Notes: generated from the sequence alone by a model not told the origin. 63,712 nucleotides of DNA, filler included, from Lama guanicoe (GCA_013239625.1; 204 parts of 204 records of this genome joined end to end with filler, not necessarily neighbours in it); one strand, 5' to 3'; shown: positions 23,951-37,835, numbered from the whole stretch's first letter. A program made the numbers and translations.

Positions 23951-26255
23951 TGCTGCTGCTGCTGNNNNNNNNNNNNNNNNNNNNNNNNNNNNNNNNNNNN
24001 NNNNNNNNTTAATTAATTAANNNNNNNNNNNNNNNNNNNNNNNNNNNNNNNNNNNNNNNNNNNNCTCCGTCCTGCAGCCACGACTTCTGCCCAGACAAAG
24101 CTGACAACTCTTGATCACTTGCCAGTATTGAGAAGACTGGTAACTCCCTTTAGAAATAGAAGGTGCTGGTCACCAAAAATCTCTATATGCTTCTGTTCTC
24201 TCCAGAATCTTACCCTATCCTTCATAGATACATTTAAGGCCAACATTAAATGTTTTTAATTGATACATGTGAAATGCNNNNNNNNNNNNNNNNNNNNNNN
24301 NNNNNNNNNNNNNNNNNNNNNTTAATTAATTAANNNNNNNNNNNNNNNNNNNNNNNNNNNNNNNNNNNNNNNNNNNNTAGGAGGAGCTTAGGGGTAGCAA
24401 AATGGTGGGTGGGGTAAGAGGACCTGGTTCTTTTTACTTAGCTTGTTTGTTTTTGGGAGACTCGGTGACCACTGCCTCCATCCCTCCATCAAATCCTTTG
24501 TTTCCTCCTGCCCAGGAAGCTGACTTCAGTCTCTCTTTACTCCAGTCCTTCAGCATAATCTTCCTACTCAAGTCTTCCATCAGTTGTGTTNNNNNNNNNN
24601 NNNNNNNNNNNNNNNNNNNNNNNNNNNNNNNNNNTTAATTAATTAANNNNNNNNNNNNNNNNNNNNNNNNNNNNNNNNNNNNNNNNNNNNAATGACAAAG
24701 TGTGACTTCTGTCCACTTCCCACTGACAAAATGGAGCTAAGACAAAGTGGAGACTGGGGAGGCAGCACACATAGACATAAATATCCTGGCAGTGGTTTTG
24801 TTCCTTAACTTCTCTAACCCATCACCTGAAGTTTCTCAGGAATACTGCAAGGAACCTTTCTGAGGCTACAATTTCTGCATAAGGAGATCATGAGCCATGG
24901 TAANNNNNNNNNNNNNNNNNNNNNNNNNNNNNNNNNNNNNNNNNNNNTTAATTAATTAANNNNNNNNNNNNNNNNNNNNNNNNNNNNNNNNNNNNNNNNN
25001 NNNCTCAACGTGGCTCAGAGATTCTTATTTAAATATTGCATGGGAAAAGGTGGTGGAAAATAATTTCATTTCATGTGTATAAGTAAGTGCGTATAATTTG
25101 CATCATATATACTATACATTTTAATCTGGACAAAGAAATCGTTAACAACTTACAAAAGACAAAATAAATATGCAGAGGGAGCCATTGGAAGTGACTTTTC
25201 CATCTTATTCTCTAACNNNNNNNNNNNNNNNNNNNNNNNNNNNNNNNNNNNNNNNNNNNNTTAATTAATTAANNNNNNNNNNNNNNNNNNNNNNNNNNNN
25301 NNNNNNNNNNNNNNNNCTCTTACATAAGAAAAAAATATACAGAAAAGCAGAGAAAACAAGTGTTCTATGTGGACTATCCTGTTACTGATACTAGTAGGTG
25401 TTCCAATATAATTCCTGGAACATAAACTGATTTGTGAAGTGAAGAGTACCCTTTCTCCAGCCCTGTCCCAGCCAAGTGCAGGATGCTTTAAATGCCGAGT
25501 GTAGGGACAGCTGAGGCCCCCAGCCTGCCNNNNNNNNNNNNNNNNNNNNNNNNNNNNNNNNNNNNNNNNNNNNTTAATTAATTAANNNNNNNNNNNNNNN
25601 NNNNNNNNNNNNNNNNNNNNNNNNNNNNNATTCATATTGACTCTATGCTGTTTGACATAATAGTCAAGCATTTAAAAGGCTAATCATCCAGGTTTCATTT
25701 CCAAGTCAGCTGGCTCATAACCGGATCCCGGCTCTCCAAGTAATGCTGTTCTTTCCAAGGTCTTCAGCTCTCTTGGAATCTTAACTCCAGATTAAGATTC
25801 CACTGCCACTCAATCCCAATTCAGTGATACTTTTTCCACCACNNNNNNNNNNNNNNNNNNNNNNNNNNNNNNNNNNNNNNNNNNNNTTAATTAATTAANN
25901 NNNNNNNNNNNNNNNNNNNNNNNNNNNNNNNNNNNNNNNNNNTGCTCTTTGTAAATATATATGTTATGACCATTTGTTGTTAATGGTTTCCATTTAACAT
26001 CTATCTTTATAGCTGTCCCATGTTTGATGATGTTTTTCGTCCAGAAAATGGTACAACCTTTGAAAGTGGCTTTTCTTCTTTATTATATAGTAATATGCAT
26101 GAGTGGCAGTTGATGTATATGTGTGTTCAAAATTTAATTTGTAAGTATTCTCATTNNNNNNNNNNNNNNNNNNNNNNNNNNNNNNNNNNNNNNNNNNNNT
26201 TAATTAATTAANNNNNNNNNNNNNNNNNNNNNNNNNNNNNNNNNNNNNNNNNNNN

Positions 26256-26468
26256 AAGGCAACCTACAGAATGGGAGAAAATATTTGCAAATCATGTATC
26301 TGATCAGAGCTTAATATCTAAAATGTATAAGCATACCACTCAATAGCCAAAACAAAATAAAACAAACCAAACAAAAACCAAATAATACAATGTTAAAAAG
26401 GGCAAAGGACCTAAATAGGTATTTTTCCAAAGAAGATATTCAGATAGCCAACAGGTACATGAAAAGAT
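26256..26468 (+). mobile_element. LINE-1 ORF2 fragment
   Basis: aaggcaacctacagaatgggagaaaatatttgcaaatcat..tttttccaaagaagatat..gccaacaggtacatgaaaagat. Confidence 0.95.
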
Positions 26469-26654
26469 NNNNNNNNNNNNNNNNNNNNNNNNNNNNNNNN
26501 NNNNNNNNNNNNTTAATTAATTAANNNNNNNNNNNNNNNNNNNNNNNNNNNNNNNNNNNNNNNNNNNNTTTACAATGTCTCCTTGAAAAAGCTCAGTGCT
26601 GCCTGGAGAATTTACTGCTTGTCAGAGTCAAAACATTGGAAATAGACAAATATC

Positions 26655-26781
26655 CCCCTAAGATTCTTCTTAGATCAGCAATTTTAGGATGCTTTTATTC
26701 TTTCTCGACTTTGACTCCCCAACTTTTATCACCCAGGACTGTCTTCTCAAGGACCTGAGAGCCATCTGTTTGAAATGTAAG
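26655..26781. mobile_element. MER34/MER39-like ERV1 LTR fragment
   Basis: caggactgtcttctcaaggacctgagagccatctgtttgaaatgtaa. Confidence 0.6.
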
Positions 26782-28446
26782 NNNNNNNNNNNNNNNNNNN
26801 NNNNNNNNNNNNNNNNNNNNNNNNNTTAATTAATTAANNNNNNNNNNNNNNNNNNNNNNNNNNNNNNNNNNNNNNNNNNNNAGAAGGGAGATGCTTAGCT
26901 CTTCTTGTGGCAAAATAAAACCAAACAAAGGCAGAAAACAAAGACCAAGAAATACAGCTGGAAAAACAAACCACAGCCTGGAAAAAGCGTTCCTCATCAC
27001 CCAAGGTCAGAGAAAAGCTTCACATTCTTGTGGTCCAAAAACCTGTTGAAGCCCAGTGTTCTGAAAAGAAACAAAACACACACAGGCAGTTCCANNNNNN
27101 NNNNNNNNNNNNNNNNNNNNNNNNNNNNNNNNNNNNNNTTAATTAATTAANNNNNNNNNNNNNNNNNNNNNNNNNNNNNNNNNNNNNNNNNNNNGGGATA
27201 CTGCTGTCACTCTAGACATCACTGACAACTGATCACATGTGGTATGTGAAATACAGCTTCCTTTCATCTTTGTATTGAACCATAAGCACTGCAAGGATCA
27301 GTCTCATGTCCCATTCACTACAGTGTCTTCTGTGTTTTTCACAGTATATAGCATGAAATAGCTGTACCTACATACATCATTTAGTTGAAGGAAAGAATGC
27401 ATTGTGCNNNNNNNNNNNNNNNNNNNNNNNNNNNNNNNNNNNNNNNNNNNNTTAATTAATTAANNNNNNNNNNNNNNNNNNNNNNNNNNNNNNNNNNNNN
27501 NNNNNNNCCAAACTTAACCCTTCCGGAGTTTCAGGTCTTTAAGAATTACTGCTCTAAATGGAATAAGTAAGGTTATAAATATGATGATTTTCTTCATGCC
27601 ACATTTCTTAGCTTTCTATTTTAAACTCGTACCTCTAAGCACAGCATTTATCATTTTCCTACCCCCATTTAATCCAGTAAACATTTGCTTAGCATCTACC
27701 TCAAGAAAATCAGTTTTGTTNNNNNNNNNNNNNNNNNNNNNNNNNNNNNNNNNNNNNNNNNNNNTTAATTAATTAANNNNNNNNNNNNNNNNNNNNNNNN
27801 NNNNNNNNNNNNNNNNNNNNCAAATTTCCCTACCAGACAGAGTCAATGTGTACACGTCACTGCTTACCTATGACCTGTCCCTCTGGGCTTGAAGCAAGCC
27901 ACAGTCCTCCATGCAGCTGGCTGGATGGGTGTCTTCTCTGCCCAATAATTACCATCTTCATCATCATCAGAGCCTAGTTTGACCCCACACTTATTAATCC
28001 TCATGATCACTCTAAGAGTTAAATATGATTACTNNNNNNNNNNNNNNNNNNNNNNNNNNNNNNNNNNNNNNNNNNNNTTAATTAATTAANNNNNNNNNNN
28101 NNNNNNNNNNNNNNNNNNNNNNNNNNNNNNNNNATGCCTATAACCACCAGATGCTCTAGACATCATCTTACCAGCTAAAGAACAAACAGAAAGGCTTTTC
28201 CCCCATAATTCGAATAAAAGTCTCAGAAATGAGTCTGGTGGGCAATTCTGGAGTCATATGCCCTTTTATGAATCAGCCAGAGGAATGAAACAGTCTGAAT
28301 GTTTGGCCTTGAGTCAGGTGACCATCTGTGAGCTTTAAGAAGGGGCNNNNNNNNNNNNNNNNNNNNNNNNNNNNNNNNNNNNNNNNNNNNTTAATTAATT
28401 AANNNNNNNNNNNNNNNNNNNNNNNNNNNNNNNNNNNNNNNNNNNN

Positions 28447-28659
28447 GAAAACCACTCAATGCAACACACCACATTAACAGAAAAAGAGTAAAAATTACAT
28501 GATCATCTCAATGGAATAGAAAAAACATTTGACAAAATTCAACACCTTTTCATGATAAAAACACTCGGCAAATTAGGAATAGAAGGAAATTACCTCAATA
28601 TAATGAAGAGCATCTATTAACAGCCCACAACTGGCATCATACTTAATGGTGAAAAGCTG
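28447..28659 (+). mobile_element. LINE-1 ORF2 reverse transcriptase fragment (frameshifted)
   Basis: Pieces HHINR..KNYMIIS and [38 protein letters not shown]. Confidence 0.95.
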
Positions 28660-29073
28660 NNNNNNNNNNNNNNNNNNNNNNNNNNNNNNNNNNNNNNNNN
28701 NNNTTAATTAATTAANNNNNNNNNNNNNNNNNNNNNNNNNNNNNNNNNNNNNNNNNNNNGCAGGGATGGGGGTCGGGGGAAGGCTGTCTCTGGAAGTGGG
28801 GGCACTGCACAATGACCTTCCCTAAGGACGAAAGAAAACTGAGCCCTTTCCTCTACTGCTTCCTCCAGCACATCCATCCTGCTCTGGCCTTAACAGGGGG
28901 GCTCCCTGGTTTGCCAGTCCCCTCAGCCACTGGCTTGTAAGCACGTAAGGACATTGACTCAGGCAGAACCCANNNNNNNNNNNNNNNNNNNNNNNNNNNN
29001 NNNNNNNNNNNNNNNNTTAATTAATTAANNNNNNNNNNNNNNNNNNNNNNNNNNNNNNNNNNNNNNNNNNNNA

Positions 29074-29283
<210 letters not shown>

Positions 29284-29698
29284 CTNNNNNNNNNNNNNNN
29301 NNNNNNNNNNNNNNNNNNNNNNNNNNNNNTTAATTAATTAANNNNNNNNNNNNNNNNNNNNNNNNNNNNNNNNNNNNNNNNNNNNGTGGGAGGTATATGT
29401 TAATGCCAATTTAGAACAAATAAATGAAAAGCAAAACAAACCAACCCAAAAAAGACCTTCTGATATGCTGTCCTGACAAAAACTATCACTGAAAAAGAAC
29501 AATGGAGATTTTTTTTGGATTAATATTATGGGTAGTGGGGTACCTGGAAAGGCAGGACTTTAAATCATGTCTAACTACTTCCATATATATAGCTATTTNN
29601 NNNNNNNNNNNNNNNNNNNNNNNNNNNNNNNNNNNNNNNNNNTTAATTAATTAANNNNNNNNNNNNNNNNNNNNNNNNNNNNNNNNNNNNNNNNNNNN

Positions 29699-29860
29699 TT
29701 GCAAGTAAAAGTCTCAACTCAAATTTGCTGGAAAAATAAAGAGAATTTATTGGCTCATAAACTCTAGGTGCTCTAATTACATCAGCTGTGAGCCTGGTTG
29801 CTCTCTGATTCTCTCCTCTGCCTTCTAAGAGCATTGGCTTCATCCTCAAGCTCTACAAAC
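29699..29860 (-). mobile_element. Old MaLR LTR (MLT1J/K-like)
   Basis: ttgcaagtaa..caactcaaa..gaatttattggctcataaact..ttggcttcatcctcaagctc. Confidence 0.65.
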
Positions 29861-31263
29861 CTTCCCCTCCAACCAAACCAGTGTCAGCACAGCTGTCCAC
29901 CCTTCAGCTTCNNNNNNNNNNNNNNNNNNNNNNNNNNNNNNNNNNNNNNNNNNNNTTAATTAATTAANNNNNNNNNNNNNNNNNNNNNNNNNNNNNNNNN
30001 NNNNNNNNNNNCTAGATTTAGCTCAATAGTGAATGTGAGTGTTCATTTGCAGAAAAATGGGAAGTATTAAGCTGATCCTACGGATTCCTTTCCACTACAA
30101 AGATAGGAAATTCTTAAGAAAAATCACAACGCAGTGCCTGGAAGGAAAGAAGGAAGAGAGAGAAGCACTGGCTCTAGGAATGAAGAAAAATTGAAGCCAG
30201 GGCTTGAACAAAAAGTTGATGTAANNNNNNNNNNNNNNNNNNNNNNNNNNNNNNNNNNNNNNNNNNNNTTAATTAATTAANNNNNNNNNNNNNNNNNNNN
30301 NNNNNNNNNNNNNNNNNNNNNNNNAGGCTGACTGAGGTTTAGATACTTGCTGGTTTTATTTTGGAGGGATACAGTAGGGCTTGTGGTGATGCCCGGTAAC
30401 TTGACCACATGTTTAAAAAAAAGAATTCTACCGTATTTTAAAGGGGACATACCACCATGAACAGGCTGTGGGTATAAGGGACAAGCGTGGTAGTCATTGT
30501 ATCAGCAGGAGTTTTTAGTCGTAAGCCACAAGCCAGANNNNNNNNNNNNNNNNNNNNNNNNNNNNNNNNNNNNNNNNNNNNTTAATTAATTAANNNNNNN
30601 NNNNNNNNNNNNNNNNNNNNNNNNNNNNNNNNNNNNNGCTCACTAGAAAAGCCAGGAGCTGTGGTCTCCACTGACAAAAGCTCCCAATGAGCCTGTAACA
30701 GAAAAAGGAAAAGGGAGGCAGATGTCGACCGCAGGCCAGGGCAGAGTCACCGTTCCCCGTCCTCCTGAGCATCCTGCTCCGCGCCCTGATGGTCCTACAG
30801 CGGCCCCCAGACACGTCCTTCAGCAGAAGGTCTGACACATCCTGATGCTGNNNNNNNNNNNNNNNNNNNNNNNNNNNNNNNNNNNNNNNNNNNNTTAATT
30901 AATTAANNNNNNNNNNNNNNNNNNNNNNNNNNNNNNNNNNNNNNNNNNNNTGTCTAGCCAGCGGGGTCCATATCTCTGCCCTGACCTGGGGGTTGGTAGA
31001 CCTAGGCAGGGCCCAGAGACCAAGGGGTGTCATGTACTCTTGTCCAGGGAACAGGAGAACAGAGCGAATGGTAGCTGGGACACAGAGAGAACCAAGGCTA
31101 AGGGGACAGTGTGCCACCGCCCAAACCCTTAACTACAGCACGGGGCTCAGCACACCGCTGCTGNNNNNNNNNNNNNNNNNNNNNNNNNNNNNNNNNNNNN
31201 NNNNNNNTTAATTAATTAANNNNNNNNNNNNNNNNNNNNNNNNNNNNNNNNNNNNNNNNNNNN

Positions 31264-31476
31264 CCCCCCCTCCCCGCCCCAGCGCCTGTGTGACCCCCGG
31301 GAACGGGCTGTGCTGTGGGCGCTTTGGGGCGCTGGATTCAGGACAGAACTGCCTCTCGGCCCGCAGGGGAGGTGCGCGCTTGAAGGCGGCGGCCCTGCCC
31401 GGCCTGGCGGGTAGTTGTCGGGGAGGCTGGGGTGCGCGCGGCGTGGGGGACACACATCACGCGCCTTCCCACGCGA
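31264..31476. promoter_or_regulatory. CpG-island fragment
   Basis: Very GC-rich with many CpGs (gcgcgc runs) and a GC box ccccgcccc near the start. Confidence 0.6.
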
Positions 31477-31889
31477 NNNNNNNNNNNNNNNNNNNNNNNN
31501 NNNNNNNNNNNNNNNNNNNNTTAATTAATTAANNNNNNNNNNNNNNNNNNNNNNNNNNNNNNNNNNNNNNNNNNNNACAGGGTGAAACCAACAATTACCC
31601 TCCACACGAGCCTCAGGAATGGACAGTTTCAAGGAGGTAAGACGATTTGAAGCGGGATGTCACAGTCGCAGAGCAGAGCACGACTCTGGGCCTCCAGAGG
31701 CCAACACACAGGAGCAGTGCATCACCCCTGAGGACAAACCGATTCGCACCGCCATATCTTTATGGCTGCATTATATGGAGGGAAAATTTNNNNNNNNNNN
31801 NNNNNNNNNNNNNNNNNNNNNNNNNNNNNNNNNTTAATTAATTAANNNNNNNNNNNNNNNNNNNNNNNNNNNNNNNNNNNNNNNNNNNN

Positions 31890-32101
31890 CAATATCGAAG
31901 ACATGGAAACAACCTAAATGTCCATCCACAGATGACTGGGTAAAGCAGATGTGGTATATATACAATGGAATATTACTCAATCATAAAGAGAACGAAATGA
32001 TGCCATTTGCAGCAACATGGATGGGCCTAGAGATTGTCATACTAAGTGAAGTTAAGTCAGACAGAGAAAGACAAATATCACATGATATCACTTATATGTA
32101 G
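31890..32101 (+). mobile_element. LINE-1 ORF2 3' end
   Basis: acatggaaacaacctaaatgtccatccacagatgactgg..ccatttgcagcaacatggatg. Confidence 0.95.
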
Positions 32102-32214
32102 NNNNNNNNNNNNNNNNNNNNNNNNNNNNNNNNNNNNNNNNNNNNTTAATTAATTAANNNNNNNNNNNNNNNNNNNNNNNNNNNNNNNNNNNNNNNNNNN
32201 NTTTTGGTGAGTGA

Positions 32215-32375
32215 TGGTCTTAATACTTACTCTGTGAGATTATCATTTCCGTTTTATAGATAAGGAAACTGGAGCTCAGCGAGGGTATGAACGGCTTGAC
32301 TAAGGAAGTTCTCATAGTCGTCAGCGGCAGTCCTGGGATTCGTCCCGGGCCGTCTGACTTCACAGCTTATGCCTT
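32215..32375 (-). mobile_element. MIR SINE
   Basis: ttttatagataaggaaactggagctcagcgagg..cctgggattcgtcccgggccgtctgact. Confidence 0.8.
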
Positions 32376-32514
32376 AGTTGACTTTATTATTTTTTTTCTT
32401 TTCATTATTATTTGNNNNNNNNNNNNNNNNNNNNNNNNNNNNNNNNNNNNNNNNNNNNTTAATTAATTAANNNNNNNNNNNNNNNNNNNNNNNNNNNNNN
32501 NNNNNNNNNNNNNN

Positions 32515-32727
32515 GAAATATTTGTAAAACATATGTTTATCAAAGGTCTGGTATTCAGAATATGATGAATTCTCTAAACTCAGCAGGAAGAGACAAGCAG
32601 CCCAGGTATGAAATGAACAGAGGACTTACAAAGACACTTCATCACAGAACATATGTGATAGGAAAATAAACCAATAAATAAGAACATGAACAAATGTTCA
32701 ACATCATTAGCCGCTAAAGAAGCACAA
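32515..32727 (+). mobile_element. Old LINE-1 ORF2 fragment
   Basis: gaaatatttgtaaaacatatg..agacacttcatcacagaa..atgttcaacatcattag. Confidence 0.8.
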
Positions 32728-34392
32728 NNNNNNNNNNNNNNNNNNNNNNNNNNNNNNNNNNNNNNNNNNNNTTAATTAATTAANNNNNNNNNNNNNNNNN
32801 NNNNNNNNNNNNNNNNNNNNNNNNNNNGTAATGATTTGGATAGTGGCTTGTTTGATGTCTGTCCTCACTGGTAATCTGTGAGCCCCAGGAGGTCAGCCCC
32901 AGGCGATGATGTTCCCAGCATCACCCAGCACAGGGCCAGGCGGCCACCGAGCAGGTCAGGGGATGTTAGCAGGATGAGTGTCCACAGATCAATAATAAGT
33001 CATTCAAATGGGTGATTCCTGTGTCTTAAGTGCTTATGGTNNNNNNNNNNNNNNNNNNNNNNNNNNNNNNNNNNNNNNNNNNNNTTAATTAATTAANNNN
33101 NNNNNNNNNNNNNNNNNNNNNNNNNNNNNNNNNNNNNNNNAAGGTTGTACCTGCTAAAAAGCAACATTGGAGGCTACATATTGAGGGGGGAATAAACTTT
33201 ATCAAAATTCAGCCAAGTCACTAAACAAATTAAACAAATGACAAAGCATCAACAATAAGCCCCAGAAGGGGGGTGGTGGGGAACTAAGTATCCACGTTCT
33301 CTATATCATCTAAAGCATCCAGTTTTCAACCAGAAATTATGGGACATACAAAGNNNNNNNNNNNNNNNNNNNNNNNNNNNNNNNNNNNNNNNNNNNNTTA
33401 ATTAATTAANNNNNNNNNNNNNNNNNNNNNNNNNNNNNNNNNNNNNNNNNNNNGCGAGGACAGGTGCGCGGGACGCCCAACAGGGCACCAAAAGCAGAAG
33501 TCACAGCCTTGGCTGGGAGGCTGTTTCCCTGTGTGTGGGGCCCTGGCAGTGGGGGCGGGGGTGTGCAGGGTGGGGCAGGCGAGGTCACTCTTCCCTGACT
33601 GTCCTTCCCCCAGCCCTGCATCCTCCCAAGGCACAGGGCAGACGACACTTGAGAGTTGATTTCTCANNNNNNNNNNNNNNNNNNNNNNNNNNNNNNNNNN
33701 NNNNNNNNNNTTAATTAATTAANNNNNNNNNNNNNNNNNNNNNNNNNNNNNNNNNNNNNNNNNNNNCAAGGCAAATCATGCCAGCAGCACTGACCCACAG
33801 TCCTCACATAAGTTCCAATACTTATGACTACTGACAGTGGTCAAGACAACGGCTACTGGAGATACTATCCTTGATTCCCAGTCCTCACTTTATTACTATA
33901 CTGCATGGTGAGGAGAGGGGCATCACGTTCACGAGCTCAGTGACTCTCACAAAGGGTGTTTATGAGAACCCAAGCACCTNNNNNNNNNNNNNNNNNNNNN
34001 NNNNNNNNNNNNNNNNNNNNNNNTTAATTAATTAANNNNNNNNNNNNNNNNNNNNNNNNNNNNNNNNNNNNNNNNNNNNTTATTTTAAAAGTAATCATAG
34101 ATATGGTAAAAAAATTATAAATCTTAAGGAACAAAAAAATTATTATGATTTTAAGATAATTGCATTGAAAATATAAACATTAGGTTGGACAGAGTCATAG
34201 AGTTAATGAACTGGAAGACATTGTTGAGAAATACATGAAGGTAATAGCAAAAGGAGTAGGGTAGATTTTAAAAATATAAAAGACAAGTTAGGNNNNNNNN
34301 NNNNNNNNNNNNNNNNNNNNNNNNNNNNNNNNNNNNTTAATTAATTAANNNNNNNNNNNNNNNNNNNNNNNNNNNNNNNNNNNNNNNNNNNN

Positions 34393-34472
34393 ATCTTTAA
34401 TGGAGGTACTGGGGATTAAACCCAGACCTCTTGCATGCTAGACACACACTCTACCACTGAGCTATACCCTCC
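34393..34472 (-). mobile_element. tRNA-Ala-derived camelid SINE (Vic-1 type), near full length
   Basis: Reverse complement ggagggtatagctcagtggtagagtgtgtgtctagcatgcaagaggtctgggtttaatccccagtacctccattaaa, with Pol III A box (tagctcagtgg) and a degenerate B box (ggtttaatccc). Confidence 0.9.
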
Positions 34473-36583
34473 TCTCCCTAACTGCCTAATTCTTGTATTA
34501 CAAAATTCAATAGGAATGAAATAGTAGGCATATTTTCTTGTTCTTGACCTTAGTGTAAAATCTCTAGTGGTCTCCCATTAAATAAAATACTGGCATTAGA
34601 AATTANNNNNNNNNNNNNNNNNNNNNNNNNNNNNNNNNNNNNNNNNNNNTTAATTAATTAANNNNNNNNNNNNNNNNNNNNNNNNNNNNNNNNNNNNNNN
34701 NNNNNAGGAAAGAAATTTTTAAAAATCCAGATTTAATTTTTAAAAATGTGAAATTCAATGTGACAAGAGAAAAACTATACTGTGAGGGATGAATAGCACA
34801 TTAGACGTTGCAGGGGAATATTAGTGAACTTACAAACACAGTCATAGAAATTATCCAAAATGAAACATACACACACAGCCACAAACGGACCAAAAAAAAG
34901 TAGTATAAAACATGAGCANNNNNNNNNNNNNNNNNNNNNNNNNNNNNNNNNNNNNNNNNNNNTTAATTAATTAANNNNNNNNNNNNNNNNNNNNNNNNNN
35001 NNNNNNNNNNNNNNNNNNTGGTTTCCCAAGACCAGTTTTCCAGGCTTCTAATTTTTAACTAAGCTTACCCTAAAGAAGGGACAGATTCCCCAGATATATA
35101 TATATGTATGTATGTATTCATACTATATACAGGTTTTAAATATATTATTTATATATATTATATGTAAATTTTACCAAAAAACTCAAAGCCATATGGGGTT
35201 GTCACCCTTGTATGATACATGTTTGCAACCANNNNNNNNNNNNNNNNNNNNNNNNNNNNNNNNNNNNNNNNNNNNTTAATTAATTAANNNNNNNNNNNNN
35301 NNNNNNNNNNNNNNNNNNNNNNNNNNNNNNNAGCTGTCACCGTCCCCATGAAGATCCAGGGATGATCTTAGCCTAGGATCCCGGGAGCAAACTCCACTTG
35401 CCTTTCCTGCAGGCACCGGGTGCCCTTCTGGCCAAACTCAGCCACTCTAGCATCCCTGGCTGTAGGTTCCTGTCCACTCGCAGGAATACCTGAATAATTG
35501 ACTAGGAACCCAGCACTTGCCTAAGTACTTACTCTGAGGTCCATNNNNNNNNNNNNNNNNNNNNNNNNNNNNNNNNNNNNNNNNNNNNTTAATTAATTAA
35601 NNNNNNNNNNNNNNNNNNNNNNNNNNNNNNNNNNNNNNNNNNNNAATACCCCCACTCCAGTCCCCCTCAGCTGGAACCTTACTCATCATCACTGTCCAAA
35701 CTGGAGGCTACCTCCCTGTGACAGCAGTATGATATCACCTTCCTTTGATCCCACAGGTATCACCCCCCACCCCGCTGCATGCATCTTGTTTTGCTTCTGG
35801 TTACTATAAACGTGTCACATCTCCTTCAAGTGTCTTATACATGCCTTATGGGCAGGANNNNNNNNNNNNNNNNNNNNNNNNNNNNNNNNNNNNNNNNNNN
35901 NTTAATTAATTAANNNNNNNNNNNNNNNNNNNNNNNNNNNNNNNNNNNNNNNNNNNNCCATTCTCCATATTATCAAAGGCTTTCTTCACAACTGATGACA
36001 CATTTTCAGGACACAAAGTGCCAATCCATTATTATCAGCTGACACTGGCTGCATGATTGTGAGCAGAAGCCTAAGTCTCCCTGACATTGCCTACAATTTT
36101 TCCAGCATTCCAGTGAATTTTACATTCTGAAAATGCTTCACATTTTATTTTAAATTAATGGGAAATTGTCNNNNNNNNNNNNNNNNNNNNNNNNNNNNNN
36201 NNNNNNNNNNNNNNTTAATTAATTAANNNNNNNNNNNNNNNNNNNNNNNNNNNNNNNNNNNNNNNNNNNNTTTCATCTGTTTTTCACTAATGCCTGCTGA
36301 GAATCTAATGAAGAGATTTATAGACTTTTTCACTCTACTGACTAGTTGCTATTCTGAGTCAACAAACTGCCGGCAAGCAAGAATTGGAAAGAAATCAGGA
36401 GTAACATTTCATGAGGACACAAAACATGGTTGTCATACCTTCTCTTGGTTCCTATCATTCTTCTCATAGGGGCCACTTCCACCNNNNNNNNNNNNNNNNN
36501 NNNNNNNNNNNNNNNNNNNNNNNNNNNTTAATTAATTAANNNNNNNNNNNNNNNNNNNNNNNNNNNNNNNNNNNNNNNNNNNN

Positions 36584-36796
36584 TTTTGGGAGAATGTTGT
36601 TTACTGACCACATACTTTTGAATTTCCCAGATGTGCCTCTGTTATTGATTCTAAATTTCATTTCATTGTGATCTGAGAACATATTTTGTATAAATTCACT
36701 CATTTAAAATTTATTTTAGCTTGTTTTATGGTCTAGAATATGGTCCATCCTAGAGAATGTTCTATGTGCACTTGAGAATGTGCACTTTGTGTTCAT
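36584..36796 (-). mobile_element. LINE-1 ORF2 endonuclease-region fragment
   Basis: ttcattgtgatctgagaacata..tatggtccatcctagagaatgttctatgtgcacttgagaa. Confidence 0.85.
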
Positions 36797-37289
36797 NNNN
36801 NNNNNNNNNNNNNNNNNNNNNNNNNNNNNNNNNNNNNNNNTTAATTAATTAANNNNNNNNNNNNNNNNNNNNNNNNNNNNNNNNNNNNNNNNNNNNTAAG
36901 ATATTTTGATAGGTGGGAGTAGGTGGGTTTGGTGTCTAAAAATATTCTGAGTTGAGGCAGCCAGGTGGACAGTGGGGTAGATTTGCGGAAGTAGAATAAG
37001 TTCACGCAAAAGCCAAATGTTCCTTGCCCCTTCACGTTTCAGTTTTGAAATAAGTTTTTGTTCAAAAGAAAAGATGCAGTATATTTACGTGCTAACAGTT
37101 TATCAATTTNNNNNNNNNNNNNNNNNNNNNNNNNNNNNNNNNNNNNNNNNNNNTTAATTAATTAANNNNNNNNNNNNNNNNNNNNNNNNNNNNNNNNNNN
37201 NNNNNNNNNACACCTTGGAAAACTGATGGATCCAAGGCTAACACATCTAAGAGAATTTTGTAAAAATGTTTTAAGTTTTAAAATTAAAA

Positions 37290-37422
37290 AAAAATTGTGG
37301 TTAAAAAACCCTCCAAATTTACCATCTTAGCCATTATTTCATGTACAGTTCAGCAGTGTTAAGTATTCACATTATTGTGCAACTAGCCTTCAGAACTTTT
37401 TGATCTTGCACATCTGAAACCC
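37290..37422 (-). mobile_element. Old L1 (L1MB-like) 3' terminus
   Basis: aaatttaccatcttagccatt..tgtacagttcagcagtgttaagtattcacatt..cagaactttt..atcttgca..ctgaaac. Confidence 0.8.
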
Positions 37423-37522
37423 NNNNNNNNNNNNNNNNNNNNNNNNNNNNNNNNNNNNNNNNNNNNTTAATTAATTAANNNNNNNNNNNNNNNNNNNNNN
37501 NNNNNNNNNNNNNNNNNNNNNN

Positions 37523-37735
37523 GCATTTCTTTACACTAACAATGAAATATCAGAAAAGGAAAGTAAAAAAACAATTCCTGTTAAAACTATATCCAAAACA
37601 ATAAAAGTAGAAATACATCTGACCAAGGAAGTGAAAGACTTATATACAGAGAACTACAAAACACTAAGGAAATTAAAGATGACTTCAAGAAATGGAAAGA
37701 TATCCCATGTTCTTGGATTGGAAGAATTAATATTG
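37523..37735 (+). mobile_element. LINE-1 ORF2 fragment
   Basis: ctgaccaaggaagtgaaagacttata..aaatggaaagatatcccatgttcttggattggaagaattaatattg ([15 protein letters not shown]). Confidence 0.95.
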
Positions 37736-37835
37736 NNNNNNNNNNNNNNNNNNNNNNNNNNNNNNNNNNNNNNNNNNNNTTAATTAATTAANNNNNNNNN
37801 NNNNNNNNNNNNNNNNNNNNNNNNNNNNNNNNNNN

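Noticed and set aside
34393..34472. tRNA-Ala gene
   Set aside because: The anticodon and T arms are degenerate, an A-rich tail follows, and a second diverged copy is present, so it is a tRNA-derived SINE.
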